From an uncultured Candidatus Rokubacteria bacterium (GTDB taxonomy: Bacteria > Methylomirabilota > Methylomirabilia > Rokubacteriales > DASRDR01), in the NCBI GenBank assembly GCA_963805625.1, contig CAWDVE010000017.1, positions 192,001-256,000 of the forward strand: 64,000 nucleotides of DNA. Direction: 5' to 3'. The notes below the pieces were generated by a model. That model saw nothing but the letters and a program-made list of their open reading frames with translations. It was not told the origin of the DNA and made no database searches. Positions 22,300-32,025 of the stretch are shown here, in pieces. Both the position numbers and the translations under genes were made by a program. The first letter of the stretch is position 1; every line of letters starts with the position of its first letter.

Positions 22300-23727
22300 G
22301 TGAGAGACGCAGCAAGGGCGGAGCCGTGGGCGCGGCCCGCCGCGCGGCTGGCGGAGGCGATCGCTCGCAGGGAGTTGTCGCCGGTCGAAGTCGTCGAGGC
22401 CGTCCTCGCGCGGATCGAGCGCCTGGACGGGCGCCTGACCGCCTTCGCCACGGTGACCGCGGAGCTCGCGCGCGCCGAGGCGCGCCGGGCCGAGGACGCG
22501 GTGATGCGCGGCGCCCCGCTCGGGCGCCTCCACGGCGTGCCCTTCTCGGTCAAGGACACGCTCGACACGGCGGGCGTCCGGACCACGATGGGCGCCGTGC
22601 GCTTCGCCGACCGGGTGCCCGCCGAGGACGCCGTCGTGGTCGCGCGGCTCCGGGCCGCCGGCGCGATCCTCGTCGGCAAGACGACGACCCCCGAGTTCGC
22701 CCACAAGGGCGTGACCGACAGCGCGCTCTTCGGTGTCACGCGGAACCCCTGGGCGCTCGATCACACGTGCGGCGGGTCGAGCGGGGGCGCGGCGGTGGCC
22801 GCGGCCACCGGGATGGGGCCGTTCGCGGTGGGCACCGACGAGGGCGGTTCGATCCGCATCCCGGCGAGCTACTGCGGGGTGGTCGGCCTCAAGCCGACGT
22901 TCGGGCTGGTCCCGCGCGTCCCGGTAGGCGTCGCGGAGCTGCTCACGCACCTCGGGCCGCTCTGCCGCACGGTCGAGGACGCCGCGCTGTTCCTCTCGGT
23001 CACAGCCGGTCGCGACGACCGCGATGGCTGGTCCCTACCGGTCGAGCCGACGGACTACACGCGCGCGCTCGCCCGGTCGCCGGCGCGCCTGCGCGTTGCC
23101 TGGAGCCCGCGGCTAGGCTATGCCCCCACCGATCCCGACGTGGTGCGGGTGACCGGCGCCGCCGTGCGCGGGCTCGCCGCGCTCGGCTGGACCGTGGAGG
23201 AGACGGATCCGGGCTTCGACGATCCTGCCGACGTGGCGGACGCCTTCCGGTATCCGGGCCTCGCCGCTGCTCTCGGCGACGACCTGGAGCGCGAGCGCGG
23301 CCGCATGGACCCGGGTCTCGTCGCGCTCGTCGAGGCCGGCCAACGGATGACCGCGGAGCAGGTTGCCCGCGCGGCCGTCCGCCGCCACACGCTCTGGGCG
23401 CGGCTCGATCGTTTCTTCGAGGGCCACGACGTCCTGGCGACCCCCGCGGTGGCGGTCCCACCGTTCCGGATCGGCCAGGCGCCGCCGCGTGAGATTGACG
23501 GCCGACCTGTCGGCGCCCGGGGTTGGATCGCGTTCACGTATCCCTTCAACGTGGCCGGCCTGCCGGCGATCGTTCTCCCGGCCGGCCGGACGGCCGCCGG
23601 GTTGCCGGTAGGACTCCAGTTCGTGGGACGGCGGCTCGACGATGCGCGGCTCCTCGCCGCCGCGTCCGCGTTCGAAGCGGCCGCCCCGTGGGCCGATCGC
23701 TGGCCACCGGCCGCCATGAAACCATGA
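22300..23727 (+). CDS. Amidase signature family enzyme
   Basis: Motifs GVPFSVKD, GKTTTPEF, GGSSGG and GTDEGGSIRIPAS. Confidence 0.93.
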   Translation: MRDAARAEPWARPAARLAEAIARRELSPVEVVEAVLARIERLDGRLTAFATVTAELARAEARRAEDAVMRGAPLGRLHGVPFSVKDTLDTAGVRTTMGAVRFADRVPAEDAVVVARLRAAGAILVGKTTTPEFAHKGVTDSALFGVTRNPWALDHTCGGSSGGAAVAAATGMGPFAVGTDEGGSIRIPASYCGVVGLKPTFGLVPRVPVGVAELLTHLGPLCRTVEDAALFLSVTAGRDDRDGWSLPVEPTDYTRALARSPARLRVAWSPRLGYAPTDPDVVRVTGAAVRGLAALGWTVEETDPGFDDPADVADAFRYPGLAAALGDDLERERGRMDPGLVALVEAGQRMTAEQVARAAVRRHTLWARLDRFFEGHDVLATPAVAVPPFRIGQAPPREIDGRPVGARGWIAFTYPFNVAGLPAIVLPAGRTAAGLPVGLQFVGRRLDDARLLAAASAFEAAAPWADRWPPAAMKP

Positions 23728-23729
23728 GG

Positions 23730-25078
23730 GGCCAGGTGCCACACCATCTCGGTCGGAGAAGAGACGACTCGAGGGAAGGTGCCACCGCATCTCGGTCACT
23801 CGTGGAAGGGCTTGTGGGGAAAGACATAGGGCGCCTCACGCAAGAGAGGCTGCTGATCCGGCGCTCGACGCCGCAGGGCGTAGAAGCGGAGCATCCCGGC
23901 GGTGAGATCCAGCTCGCATCGCACCAGGCGGTGGGGCCAATGGGGCGCGACCTCCAGGGTGCGATTGAGCAGGCGCACCGTCCCCGCGTCCGAAGTGCGT
24001 CGCAGGAACAAGACCTCACCCTGCAGGCGGGCTTGCAGATCGGCCTGCCAGGCGACGGGGAACGGGCGGCGCGGCGGGGCGGCCTCGATCCGCGCGGCCG
24101 CCCGCTGATGGTAGGCGCGGATGTACCGGTCGGAGCGCTCCTGCAGGGCGGCCAGCGATTCGTGATGGAATCGGGTCCAGACCTTGGCCTGCCAGCGGCC
24201 GTTGAAGTTCTCGATGGCGGCTTGGAAGCCACTTTCCTGGGGTGGGGCGAAGACCGGGCGGACGCCCAGGCGCAGGCACGTGCGGACGACGCGACCCAGC
24301 GCATCGGGCCAGCGGTGCGTCCCGGTGAAGATGCTGTCATTGTCAAATTGGGCGTATGCCGGCAGGCCCCATGTGCGCCAGTGCGCGACGAGCGCCGCCA
24401 CCGCGGTGCTCGCCGTCACGAGCGGCTGCGGCCAGGCCCCGGGCAATCCCCCATACAAGGACACGACGGTCAGGACCTCCAGCTGCAGCCCCCCGGTGAG
24501 CGCCAAGCCCTCTACAATGTCGAAGCTGTCGAGCTCCCCCCGTCCCGGGGTGCCCGGGAGGTACCAGCCGGGGCGGGGCGGGGGCCGACGCAGCCGGCGA
24601 ACACGATCCAGGACCCCCCGGCGGTACAGAATCCGGCCGATGGTGCGCACGGACGGCACGGCCGTCGCCGGCCGACGCGCCGCGAAGGCGCGGTGGATGG
24701 CCCGGGCGCCATACTCGCCCAGATCGCTGGTCGTCCTCAGGTCGTGCCGCAAGGTCATCACCAGCTGCTCCACCGCCTCGGGGATCCGGTGGATGCGCTT
24801 GGCCACCCGTGGCTGATCGCTCCAGTCCACGTCGTCCAGGGCCTGCGCCCCGGCCCGGCGGTGCCACCACTGCACCGTGGACAGGCTCACTCCATGGGCG
24901 CGCGCCACCGCCCGCATAGAGGCCCCGGCCCGGACCTTCGCCACCAGCGTTCGCCGCGTCGCCTCTCGTCGCCGCCCCTTTTCGCCATGGCTCCCCCTCG
25001 CTCACAGGCTTTACTCCAGTATCACCGTGACCGAGATGCGCTGGCACCTAACCGACCGAGATGGTGTGGCACCTGGCC
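23730..25078. mobile_element. Complete insertion sequence (~1349 bp), IS481-like
   Basis: 27-bp perfect terminal IR (GGCCAGGTGCCACACCATCTCGGTCGG), a second sub-terminal repeat at each end, and flanking direct repeat CATGAGG (23723-29 and 25079-85). Confidence 0.9.
23796..24944 (-). CDS. DDE transposase/integrase (HTH + rve-like core), IS481-like
   Basis: HTH SMRAVARAHGVSLSTVQWW; PSVRTIGRIL; D in SFDIV, D in QFDNDSIF, E in AIENFNG. Confidence 0.88.
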   Translation of the reverse strand: MAKVRAGASMRAVARAHGVSLSTVQWWHRRAGAQALDDVDWSDQPRVAKRIHRIPEAVEQLVMTLRHDLRTTSDLGEYGARAIHRAFAARRPATAVPSVRTIGRILYRRGVLDRVRRLRRPPPRPGWYLPGTPGRGELDSFDIVEGLALTGGLQLEVLTVVSLYGGLPGAWPQPLVTASTAVAALVAHWRTWGLPAYAQFDNDSIFTGTHRWPDALGRVVRTCLRLGVRPVFAPPQESGFQAAIENFNGRWQAKVWTRFHHESLAALQERSDRYIRAYHQRAAARIEAAPPRRPFPVAWQADLQARLQGEVLFLRRTSDAGTVRLLNRTLEVAPHWPHRLVRCELDLTAGMLRFYALRRRAPDQQPLLREAPYVFPHKPFHE

Positions 25079-25092
25079 CATGAGGTCCTGAC

Positions 25093-26826
25093 ATGGCGTT
25101 CCGCCCCACGCTCCTCGCCCGCGACTGGCTCATCACGACCGAGCACTACCTCTCCGCCGAGGCCGGCGCCGGTGTCCTCCGAGACGGCGGCAACGCCATG
25201 GACGCGGCTGTCGCCGCGGTCCTCGCTGAGTGCGTCCTGAACCCGCACATGCTGAGCCTGGGCGGCGAGGTCGTCATGCTCGTCCACGAGGCCGCGACGG
25301 GACGCGTCACCGCGATGAACGGCCACACGGTCGCGCCCCGCGGGCTCACCCTCGATCGCTGCCGGGCCGCCGGCTTGACCATCGGGCTGCCGACCGACCA
25401 CCCGCTGGCCTGGAGCGCTCCGGCCACGCCCCATGCGCTCCTGACGGCGCTCGAGCGCTGGGGCACGCGCCCGCTGGCCCCGGTCGCCGCGGCGGCGCAG
25501 GATCTGGCGCGCCGCGGCTTTCCGATGCACCCGGGGCTTCGCGGCCCGAGTGAGCACCTGTCCATCACCACCTACCTCGACCGCCTCCGCGGCTGGCCGA
25601 CGTCCGCCGCGCTCTACCTGCCCGGCGGCCACCCGCCGGAGGTCGGGGCGCTCTTCGCGAACCCGGCCCTGGCCGACACGCTGGATCTCCTCGTCGACTC
25701 CGAGCGACGGGCCGGCGGCGATCGGGCGGCCGGCCTCGCCGCCGCACGCGACGCCTTCTACCGCGGCGAGCCGGCGGGCGTCATCGAGCGCTTCACGCGG
25801 GACCACGGCGGCGTCCTCGACAAGGCGGACGTCGCGGCGTACGCGTCGCGAGCCGAGCCCGCGGTCAGCCGGGACTACGCCGGGCTCACCGTCTGGAAGT
25901 GCCCGACCTGGACCAACGGGCCCCTCTTCCTCCAGGCCCTCGCCCTCCTGGACCCGGCCGCCCTCCGCGCCGCCGGCCACAATTCGGCCGACTATCTCCA
26001 CTGGGTAATCGAGGCCCTCAAGCTCGCCTTCGCCGACCGCGAGCAGTACTACGGCGACCCGCGCTGCGTGAACGTCCCGCTCGACGCGCTGCTCTCCGAG
26101 GCGTACGCGGCTGGACGGCGCGCGCTGATCGACCCGGAGCGGGCGTCGCTGGACCTCCGCCCGGGCGACCCTCGTCGGCTCCGGCCGCTGCTCGAGGGCC
26201 CGTTGCCGGTCCCCGGGCCGCCGGGCCACGGCACGATCCACGTCAACGTGGTGGACCGCCAGCGCAACATGGTGAGCGCCACCGCGAGCGGCGCGTGGCT
26301 CAGCGCTTCCCCGGTCGTGCCGGCGCTGGGCTTCCCGATCTCGTCCCGGTGCCAGACGTTCGCTCTCGATCCGGCGCATGCGAACGCGGTCGCGCCGGGC
26401 AAGCAGCCGCGCACCACGCTTACACCCACGCTCGTGACCGCGGGCGGGCGCCCGCGGATGGTGCTGGGGACGATGGGCGGCGACAACCAGGATCAGTGGA
26501 ACCTCCAGGCGTTCCTGAGCCTCGCGGTTTTCGGCATGCCGGTCCAGGACGCGCTGGAGGCGCCGCGGGTCTCGACCCAGCACGTGCCCAACACCTTCTA
26601 TCCCCACGGGGCCCAGCCCGGCCACGTGCGGATCGAGGGCCGCGTCCCCTACGTGGTGCGGCGGGACCTTCAGGCCCGCGGCCACCGGCTCGAGCTTCGG
26701 CCCGACTGGGTGGAGGGCTACGTGCTGGCCATCGTGGTGGACGAGGCGCGGGGCTGCCTCATGGGCGGCGCCGACCCGCGCGGAGAGGTCGCGACGATCA
26801 TCCCGGCGTACGCCATCGGCTGGTAA
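25093..26826 (+). CDS. Gamma-glutamyltransferase family protein
   Basis: Motifs GGNAMDAAVA, LAFADRE, GTIHVNVVD, PGKQPRTTL and GGADPRG. Confidence 0.93.
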   Translation: MAFRPTLLARDWLITTEHYLSAEAGAGVLRDGGNAMDAAVAAVLAECVLNPHMLSLGGEVVMLVHEAATGRVTAMNGHTVAPRGLTLDRCRAAGLTIGLPTDHPLAWSAPATPHALLTALERWGTRPLAPVAAAAQDLARRGFPMHPGLRGPSEHLSITTYLDRLRGWPTSAALYLPGGHPPEVGALFANPALADTLDLLVDSERRAGGDRAAGLAAARDAFYRGEPAGVIERFTRDHGGVLDKADVAAYASRAEPAVSRDYAGLTVWKCPTWTNGPLFLQALALLDPAALRAAGHNSADYLHWVIEALKLAFADREQYYGDPRCVNVPLDALLSEAYAAGRRALIDPERASLDLRPGDPRRLRPLLEGPLPVPGPPGHGTIHVNVVDRQRNMVSATASGAWLSASPVVPALGFPISSRCQTFALDPAHANAVAPGKQPRTTLTPTLVTAGGRPRMVLGTMGGDNQDQWNLQAFLSLAVFGMPVQDALEAPRVSTQHVPNTFYPHGAQPGHVRIEGRVPYVVRRDLQARGHRLELRPDWVEGYVLAIVVDEARGCLMGGADPRGEVATIIPAYAIGW

Positions 26827-26887
26827 CGGCCGGCCGGCGCCGACGCCGGCGCCCACCCTGGACCCAGCGCAGACAAGGAGGTCTGAC

Positions 26888-28513
26888 GTGAGATCCACGA
26901 TGTCCTCGCACGCGTCCCGCTCCGGACGGACCCGCAGGGTCGCGCTCGGCCTCGTCCTACTCGGCCTGCTCGCCGGATCGCTCCTCCCGATCGCCGGGCC
27001 GGTCCCGGCCTTCGCCCAGGAGCCTCCGACCCGAGGCGGGCGTGTCCTCGACTCCCTGATCTCGGAGCCCGACAGCCTCGACCCCGCGCGGGCGAACCTC
27101 CTCGTCTCGCAGTACGTGCTGGGGCTGCTCTACGACCGCCTCGTCTACATCGACCAGACCGGCCGGCCGCGGCCGTGGCTCGCCGAGTCGTGGTCGGTCG
27201 ACAAGGACGGCCGGGAGGTCACCTTCGTCATCCGCAAGGGGGTCACGTTCACCGACGGGACGCCGCTGGACGCCGAGGCCGTGCGCTACTCACTGGACCG
27301 CTACCTCAAGATCTCGAAGCGGAACGCCGACCTCGGCCCCGTCCAGAAGATCGAGGTCGTCGGGGGCGGCGGCAGCGTGCGGCTCACGTTCGAGCGGCCG
27401 TTCGCGGCGCTCTTCACCGCGCTCGACTTCTCGTACCTCGGCATCGTCTCGAAGAGCGCGGTAGAGAAGACCGGTGAGGAGTTCGGGAGGCGGCCGGTCG
27501 GCACCGGCCCCTACACCCTGAAGGACTGGAAGGCCGGGAGCACGCTCCTCTTCGCGCGGAACGCGGGCTACCGGAACCTCCGCGCCGACGTCGAGAACAA
27601 AGGCGCGCCGTACCCCGACGAGTGGCAGATCTCCATCGTGAAGGAGGAGGGGACGCGGATGGCGGCCCTCGAGACCGGCCAGCTCCACATGTCGTGGGCA
27701 CCGTTCGAGGAGGTCCCGCGGATCCAGAAGGATGCACGGCTGCAGCTATTCCGCCGCCCGAAGGGCGTCTCCTACATCTTCCTGGAGTTCAACACCAAGA
27801 AGCCGCCCTTCGACAAGCTTGCGCTCCGGAGGGCGATCGCCTACTCCGTGGATTCGAAGGAAGTCCTCGACGCGTCGTACCTCTACGGCACGGTCATCCA
27901 GGCTCCGCTCCCGCTCGGCGTCCCGGGCTTTTCCGCCGAGGTCGGCCGCCAGTACGGCTACCGGCGCGACGAGGCGAAGGCCGCGGCCCTCTTCAAGGAA
28001 GCCGGCTTCGCGAAGGGTGCCGACGGCAAGCTCCGCGACGGTGCCGGCAAGCCGGTCCGGATCACGCTCACGACCTGGGTGGCGCCCCAGATCTCGCGGG
28101 CGGCCCAGGTCATCCAGGCCCAGCTCCAGGCGGCCGGGGTGGAGTGCGAGCTGACCCAGACCGACGCGGGCGCGTTCCTGGCCAAGCTGCCCGAGGGCAA
28201 GCACGACTTCGACCTGATGCGGATGACCTTCCCGGACCCGAACGGGCTGAGCCGCCTGGTGAAGAGCCCCGGCCGGTGGAACCACTACGGCAACCCGAAG
28301 CTCGACCCGCTCCTGGACCAGGCGGACGCGGCGATGGATCCCGACCGACGGATGGCCTTGCTGCAGGAAGTCCAGAAGCTCGTGCTGGAGGACGCGGCGA
28401 TCATCCCGCTCTTCAGCGACGACTTCATGATCGCCGCGCGCAGCGAGGTGCGGGGCTACAAGTACGATGGGACCGGGACGCCGATGTACTACGACGTCTG
28501 GCTCAAGCGCTGA
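26888..28513 (+). CDS. Peptide/nickel-type ABC substrate-binding protein (family 5)
   Basis: AAGGAGG RBS, signal peptide, SLDP, PWLAESW, FTDGTPLDAE and GTGPY. Confidence 0.93.
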   Translation: MRSTMSSHASRSGRTRRVALGLVLLGLLAGSLLPIAGPVPAFAQEPPTRGGRVLDSLISEPDSLDPARANLLVSQYVLGLLYDRLVYIDQTGRPRPWLAESWSVDKDGREVTFVIRKGVTFTDGTPLDAEAVRYSLDRYLKISKRNADLGPVQKIEVVGGGGSVRLTFERPFAALFTALDFSYLGIVSKSAVEKTGEEFGRRPVGTGPYTLKDWKAGSTLLFARNAGYRNLRADVENKGAPYPDEWQISIVKEEGTRMAALETGQLHMSWAPFEEVPRIQKDARLQLFRRPKGVSYIFLEFNTKKPPFDKLALRRAIAYSVDSKEVLDASYLYGTVIQAPLPLGVPGFSAEVGRQYGYRRDEAKAAALFKEAGFAKGADGKLRDGAGKPVRITLTTWVAPQISRAAQVIQAQLQAAGVECELTQTDAGAFLAKLPEGKHDFDLMRMTFPDPNGLSRLVKSPGRWNHYGNPKLDPLLDQADAAMDPDRRMALLQEVQKLVLEDAAIIPLFSDDFMIAARSEVRGYKYDGTGTPMYYDVWLKR

Positions 28514-28633
28514 GGCGGCGCGCGGCGAGTCGTTGCGGGAGCCCGGGCCGGGTGGGCCGTCGCGGGATGACGCGCCTCACGGACCGCGCGGCGGCCGTCC
28601 GCGCGGCCGTCGGGTAGGGCGTCTCCGGGCGCC

Positions 28634-29557
28634 ATGGGGCCGTTCGTCGTCCGCCGGCTCCTGACCGTCGTCGCGATCATCCCCGTCATCACGCTCCTCG
28701 TCTTTCTGATGCGGGTCCTGGTCCCGGGCGATCCGGTCGAGATCATGTTCATGGGCCAGTCGACCGACCGCGCGACGATCGAGCGCGTGCGGCGGGAGCT
28801 CGGCTGGGACCGCCCGCTGAGCGTCCAGTATGCGGAGTACGTCGGCCAGCTCGCCCGGGGGGACCTCGGCCGGTCGATCCAGAACAACCGGCCCGTCGCC
28901 GAGGACCTCCGCGCGCGCTACCCGCTGACGCTTCTCCTCGCGGTCGCCAGCCTGGTGCTGGCCACGACCCTCGGGCTCGGGCTCGGGGTGGTGGCGGCGC
29001 TTCAGCGCGAGCGGCTCCTCGACGCGGTGGCGACGGCGCTGGCCGTCGTCGGGATCTCGATGCCACCGTTCTGGCTGGGGCTGCTCCTCATCAGCCTGGT
29101 CAGCGTCCGGTGGGGGTTGTTGCCGGTCATGGGCGCCGACTCCTGGCGTCATCTGGTCCTGCCGGCCGTCACGCTGGGCGTCCTGTCGGCGGCCGCCATC
29201 GCCCGCCTCGTCCGCTCGAGCCTCCTCGAGACGCTCGGGCAGGACTTCATCCGCACCGCGTGGGCCAAGGGACTGCCCGGCCACCTCGTCGTTGCCAAGC
29301 ACGCCCTCCGCGCGGCGCTGAGCCCGGTGCTCTCCGTGATCGGGCTTCAGTTCGGGTTCATGCTGTCGGGTGCCTTCATCGTCGAGGTGGTCTTCGCATG
29401 GCACGGGGTGGGGGAGCTCGCTGTGATCGCGATTCAGACGCGCGACTTCCCGCTGATCCAGGGCGTGGTCGTGACCGTCGCGGTCACCTACGTCGTGATC
29501 AACGCGGCGGTCGATCTCCTGAGCGGGTGGTTCGACCCGCGGGCAGCCTCTGGATGA
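28634..29557 (+). CDS. ABC permease (DppB-like)
   Basis: Motifs PGDPV, GDLGRS, DFIRTAWAKG and RDFPLIQG. Confidence 0.93.
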   Translation: MGPFVVRRLLTVVAIIPVITLLVFLMRVLVPGDPVEIMFMGQSTDRATIERVRRELGWDRPLSVQYAEYVGQLARGDLGRSIQNNRPVAEDLRARYPLTLLLAVASLVLATTLGLGLGVVAALQRERLLDAVATALAVVGISMPPFWLGLLLISLVSVRWGLLPVMGADSWRHLVLPAVTLGVLSAAAIARLVRSSLLETLGQDFIRTAWAKGLPGHLVVAKHALRAALSPVLSVIGLQFGFMLSGAFIVEVVFAWHGVGELAVIAIQTRDFPLIQGVVVTVAVTYVVINAAVDLLSGWFDPRAASG

Positions 29558-29642
29558 GCCCACAGGCCGCCACAGGCCAAAGGCCGTTCGATCTAATCCG
29601 TCCGATAGACTTTCGCAGAGCCAGGGCAACCCAGTGAGCGAG
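29555..29642 (+). repeat. Dispersed ~88-bp repeat, copy B
   Basis: Homologous to 17694-17780; runs from the stop codon of one permease to the start of the next. Confidence 0.7.
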
Positions 29643-30491
29643 CCCCGGGCGTCCGCCCCCGGGTGGTGGTCGACGCTCGCGCGCCTCGGGGCCTCTTGGT
29701 CGGGGCGGATCGGCGGGGCGATCGCCCTCCTGCTGCTCGCGGTCGCCGCTTTCGGGCCCACGCTCTACCCGGTGGACCCCTACCGCATGGCGATCGGCCA
29801 GCGCCTGCGCCCGCCGTCGGCCCAGCATCTCCTCGGCACCGATGAGTTCGGGCGGGACCTCCTGGCGCGGGTCATTCACGGCAGCCGGATCAGCCTGCGC
29901 GTGGGCCTGATCAGCGTGGCCATCGGCGGGCTCGTCGGCACCGCGCTCGGGCTCGCTGCGGGGCTCGGCGGCCGCAAGGTGGACCTGGCGATCAGCGGGC
30001 TCGTGGACGTGATGCTGGCGTTCCCCGGCTTCCTGCTGGCGCTGGCCATCGTCGCCACGCTCGGGCCGAGCCTGGAGAACGCGATGATCGCCATCGGGAT
30101 CCGGCGCGTGCCCGTGTTCGTCCGCGTCGTCCGGGCCGGGGTACTGCAGCTTCGCACGAGCGAGTTCGTCCTCGCCGCGCGCGCGCTCGGCGCCGCGCCG
30201 CTCCGGGTGTCGACTCGCCACGTGCTCCGGAACGTCGCGCCGACCCTGATCGTGTTGGCGACGCTCCAGTTCCCCGAAGCGCTCCTGGTGTCGGCGGGCC
30301 TGTCGTTCCTCGGACTGGGCGCCCAGCCGCCGCTCCCCGAGTGGGGGGCGCTCCTGACGAGCGCGCGCGTCTACCTCACGCGTGCCCCGTGGCTCGTGAA
30401 CTTCCCGGGGCTCGCGATCCTCGTCACGGTGCTCGGGCTGAACCTCCTCGGCAACGCGCTCCGGGACGTCCTCGACCCGCGGCTGAAGTGA
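29634..30491 (+). CDS. ABC permease (DppC-like)
   Basis: Motifs HLLGTDEFGRD, LSFLGLG, EWG and LRDVLDPR. Confidence 0.93.
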   Translation: MSEPRASAPGWWSTLARLGASWSGRIGGAIALLLLAVAAFGPTLYPVDPYRMAIGQRLRPPSAQHLLGTDEFGRDLLARVIHGSRISLRVGLISVAIGGLVGTALGLAAGLGGRKVDLAISGLVDVMLAFPGFLLALAIVATLGPSLENAMIAIGIRRVPVFVRVVRAGVLQLRTSEFVLAARALGAAPLRVSTRHVLRNVAPTLIVLATLQFPEALLVSAGLSFLGLGAQPPLPEWGALLTSARVYLTRAPWLVNFPGLAILVTVLGLNLLGNALRDVLDPRLK

Positions 30492-30758
30492 CCGCTACAG
30501 ACCACAGGATTCCGCCACCAGCCGCCGACGATCGGCTTGTGGGGCGGTTCGGCGCGCGGCTGCCCGAACGTCGGGACGACGGATCGCTCGTCGCCCGCCG
30601 GCGCGACGGCCTACAACGCCTCCGGTCGAGGCCGAGCGCGCTTAGCGCACGCGCCCGGCCAGCGCGACCGCGCGACGCGAGCGAGATTCATGGCTGCCCG
30701 GAGTTTCCGCGTGATTCGCGGGTCGGCTGACTGAGACGTCACCGCCCCGCGGAGTCCA

Positions 30759-32012
30759 CTAGGCGGCGCCCACCTCCGCCGCCGCGGCCGCGGCCCGCGC
30801 GACCGCCCCGTCGTCGATCGCGCCAGAACCCGGCACGACCGGCACCGGCCCATCCAGCAGATGCGGGTAGCGGAGTCCCGTGGCCGTGTTGAACACTACG
30901 ACCCGCGAGGTCGGACCCAGCTGCCCCTCGCGGACCATCCGCCGCACGGCGGCGATCGTCGCCGCGCCCTCCGGGGAGAGGAACAGGCCCTCGTGACGGT
31001 TGGCCCAGCCCATGAAGTGGAGCGTCTCGGCATCAGGGACGCCGACAGCCCAGCCTCGGGTGGCGCGCAGCGCGCGCAGGATCAGGAAGTCCGCGAACGG
31101 CTTCACCACCATGATGCCGGGGGCGATCGTCTTGACGTGCTTCGCACCGAGGCACTCGTCGAGCCCCTCGTGGAAGGCCTTGACCACGGCGCCGCCGGGG
31201 ACTTGGACGGAGACGAGCCGTGGCCGCTCGCTCCCGATCCAGCCGAGCGCCTCCAGCTCGTCGAAGACCTTCCACATCCCGATGATGCCGACGCCGCCGC
31301 CGGTCGGGTAGAGGATCGCGTCGGGCATCTTCCAGCCCAGCTGCTCGACCACCTCGAGGCCCATCGTCTTCTTGCCCTCGATGCGGTACGGCTCACGCCC
31401 GGCGCCGGCATGGAGCCACCCGTAGCGCTTGGCCGCCTCGGTCATGATCCGGAACACGTCGCCCACCGTGCCGTCGATCCGGTACACGTGGGCGCCATGG
31501 GCGAGGCTACCCTTCCAGCCGAGCTCGGGGCACTCGACGGGCAGCGCGGTGTGCACCTCGCATCCCGCGCGCGCGCCGTACGCGGCCCACGCGTGGCCCC
31601 CGCTCCCGACGGTGGGCTGGGCGAACCGGGTGACGCCCAGTTCCTTCCACCGAGACACCGCCGCGGAGGCACCCCGCGCCTTGAACGTGCCGGTCGGGTT
31701 CATCCCCTCGTCCTTGACCCACAGCTCTCCGACGCCGACTTCGCGTGCGGCCCGCGGCACGGGAATCATCGGGGTGAAGCCCTCGCCCATGGACACGATC
31801 GACGCGTCCTCGCGGACCGGCAGGAGCTCGCGGTAGCGCCACATCGTCGGGGGGCGCCGCGCGATCTCGTCGGGCGTGACCGCCTTGCGGATGGCCGCGA
31901 GGTCGTAGCGGGCGAGCAGCGGCCCGCCGCAGTCGCAGAGGGCGCGCGGCGTGTCGCCCGGGTAGTAGGCGGCGCAGCGGCTGCAGTCGAGGCCGGCGAG
32001 GTATCCGCTCAT
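30759..32012 (-). CDS. Threonine synthase-like PLP enzyme (fold type II) with N-terminal Zn ribbon
   Basis: CxxC...CxCGG, MGEGFTP, PLP Lys in NPTGTFKARG, EGKKTMG and PTGGG. Confidence 0.85.
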   Translation of the reverse strand: MSGYLAGLDCSRCAAYYPGDTPRALCDCGGPLLARYDLAAIRKAVTPDEIARRPPTMWRYRELLPVREDASIVSMGEGFTPMIPVPRAAREVGVGELWVKDEGMNPTGTFKARGASAAVSRWKELGVTRFAQPTVGSGGHAWAAYGARAGCEVHTALPVECPELGWKGSLAHGAHVYRIDGTVGDVFRIMTEAAKRYGWLHAGAGREPYRIEGKKTMGLEVVEQLGWKMPDAILYPTGGGVGIIGMWKVFDELEALGWIGSERPRLVSVQVPGGAVVKAFHEGLDECLGAKHVKTIAPGIMVVKPFADFLILRALRATRGWAVGVPDAETLHFMGWANRHEGLFLSPEGAATIAAVRRMVREGQLGPTSRVVVFNTATGLRYPHLLDGPVPVVPGSGAIDDGAVARAAAAAAEVGAA

Positions 32013-32025
32013 GACGGTCTTCCTT

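Noticed and set aside
21322-23727. 801-aa DctM-amidase fusion ORF
   Set aside because: Artefact of the DctM frameshift. The real DctM end is in another frame (stop 22105) and the amidase has its own start near 22300.
23730-23799. CRISPR-like repeat-spacer-repeat
   Set aside because: Only two imperfect units, mirrored at the other end of a transposase gene, so these are IS termini. No cas genes are present.
30492-30758. Small gene, attC site or ncRNA in the gap between convergent genes
   Set aside because: The short ORFs have no RBS or recognisable motif, and no attC core sites or convincing structure were found.
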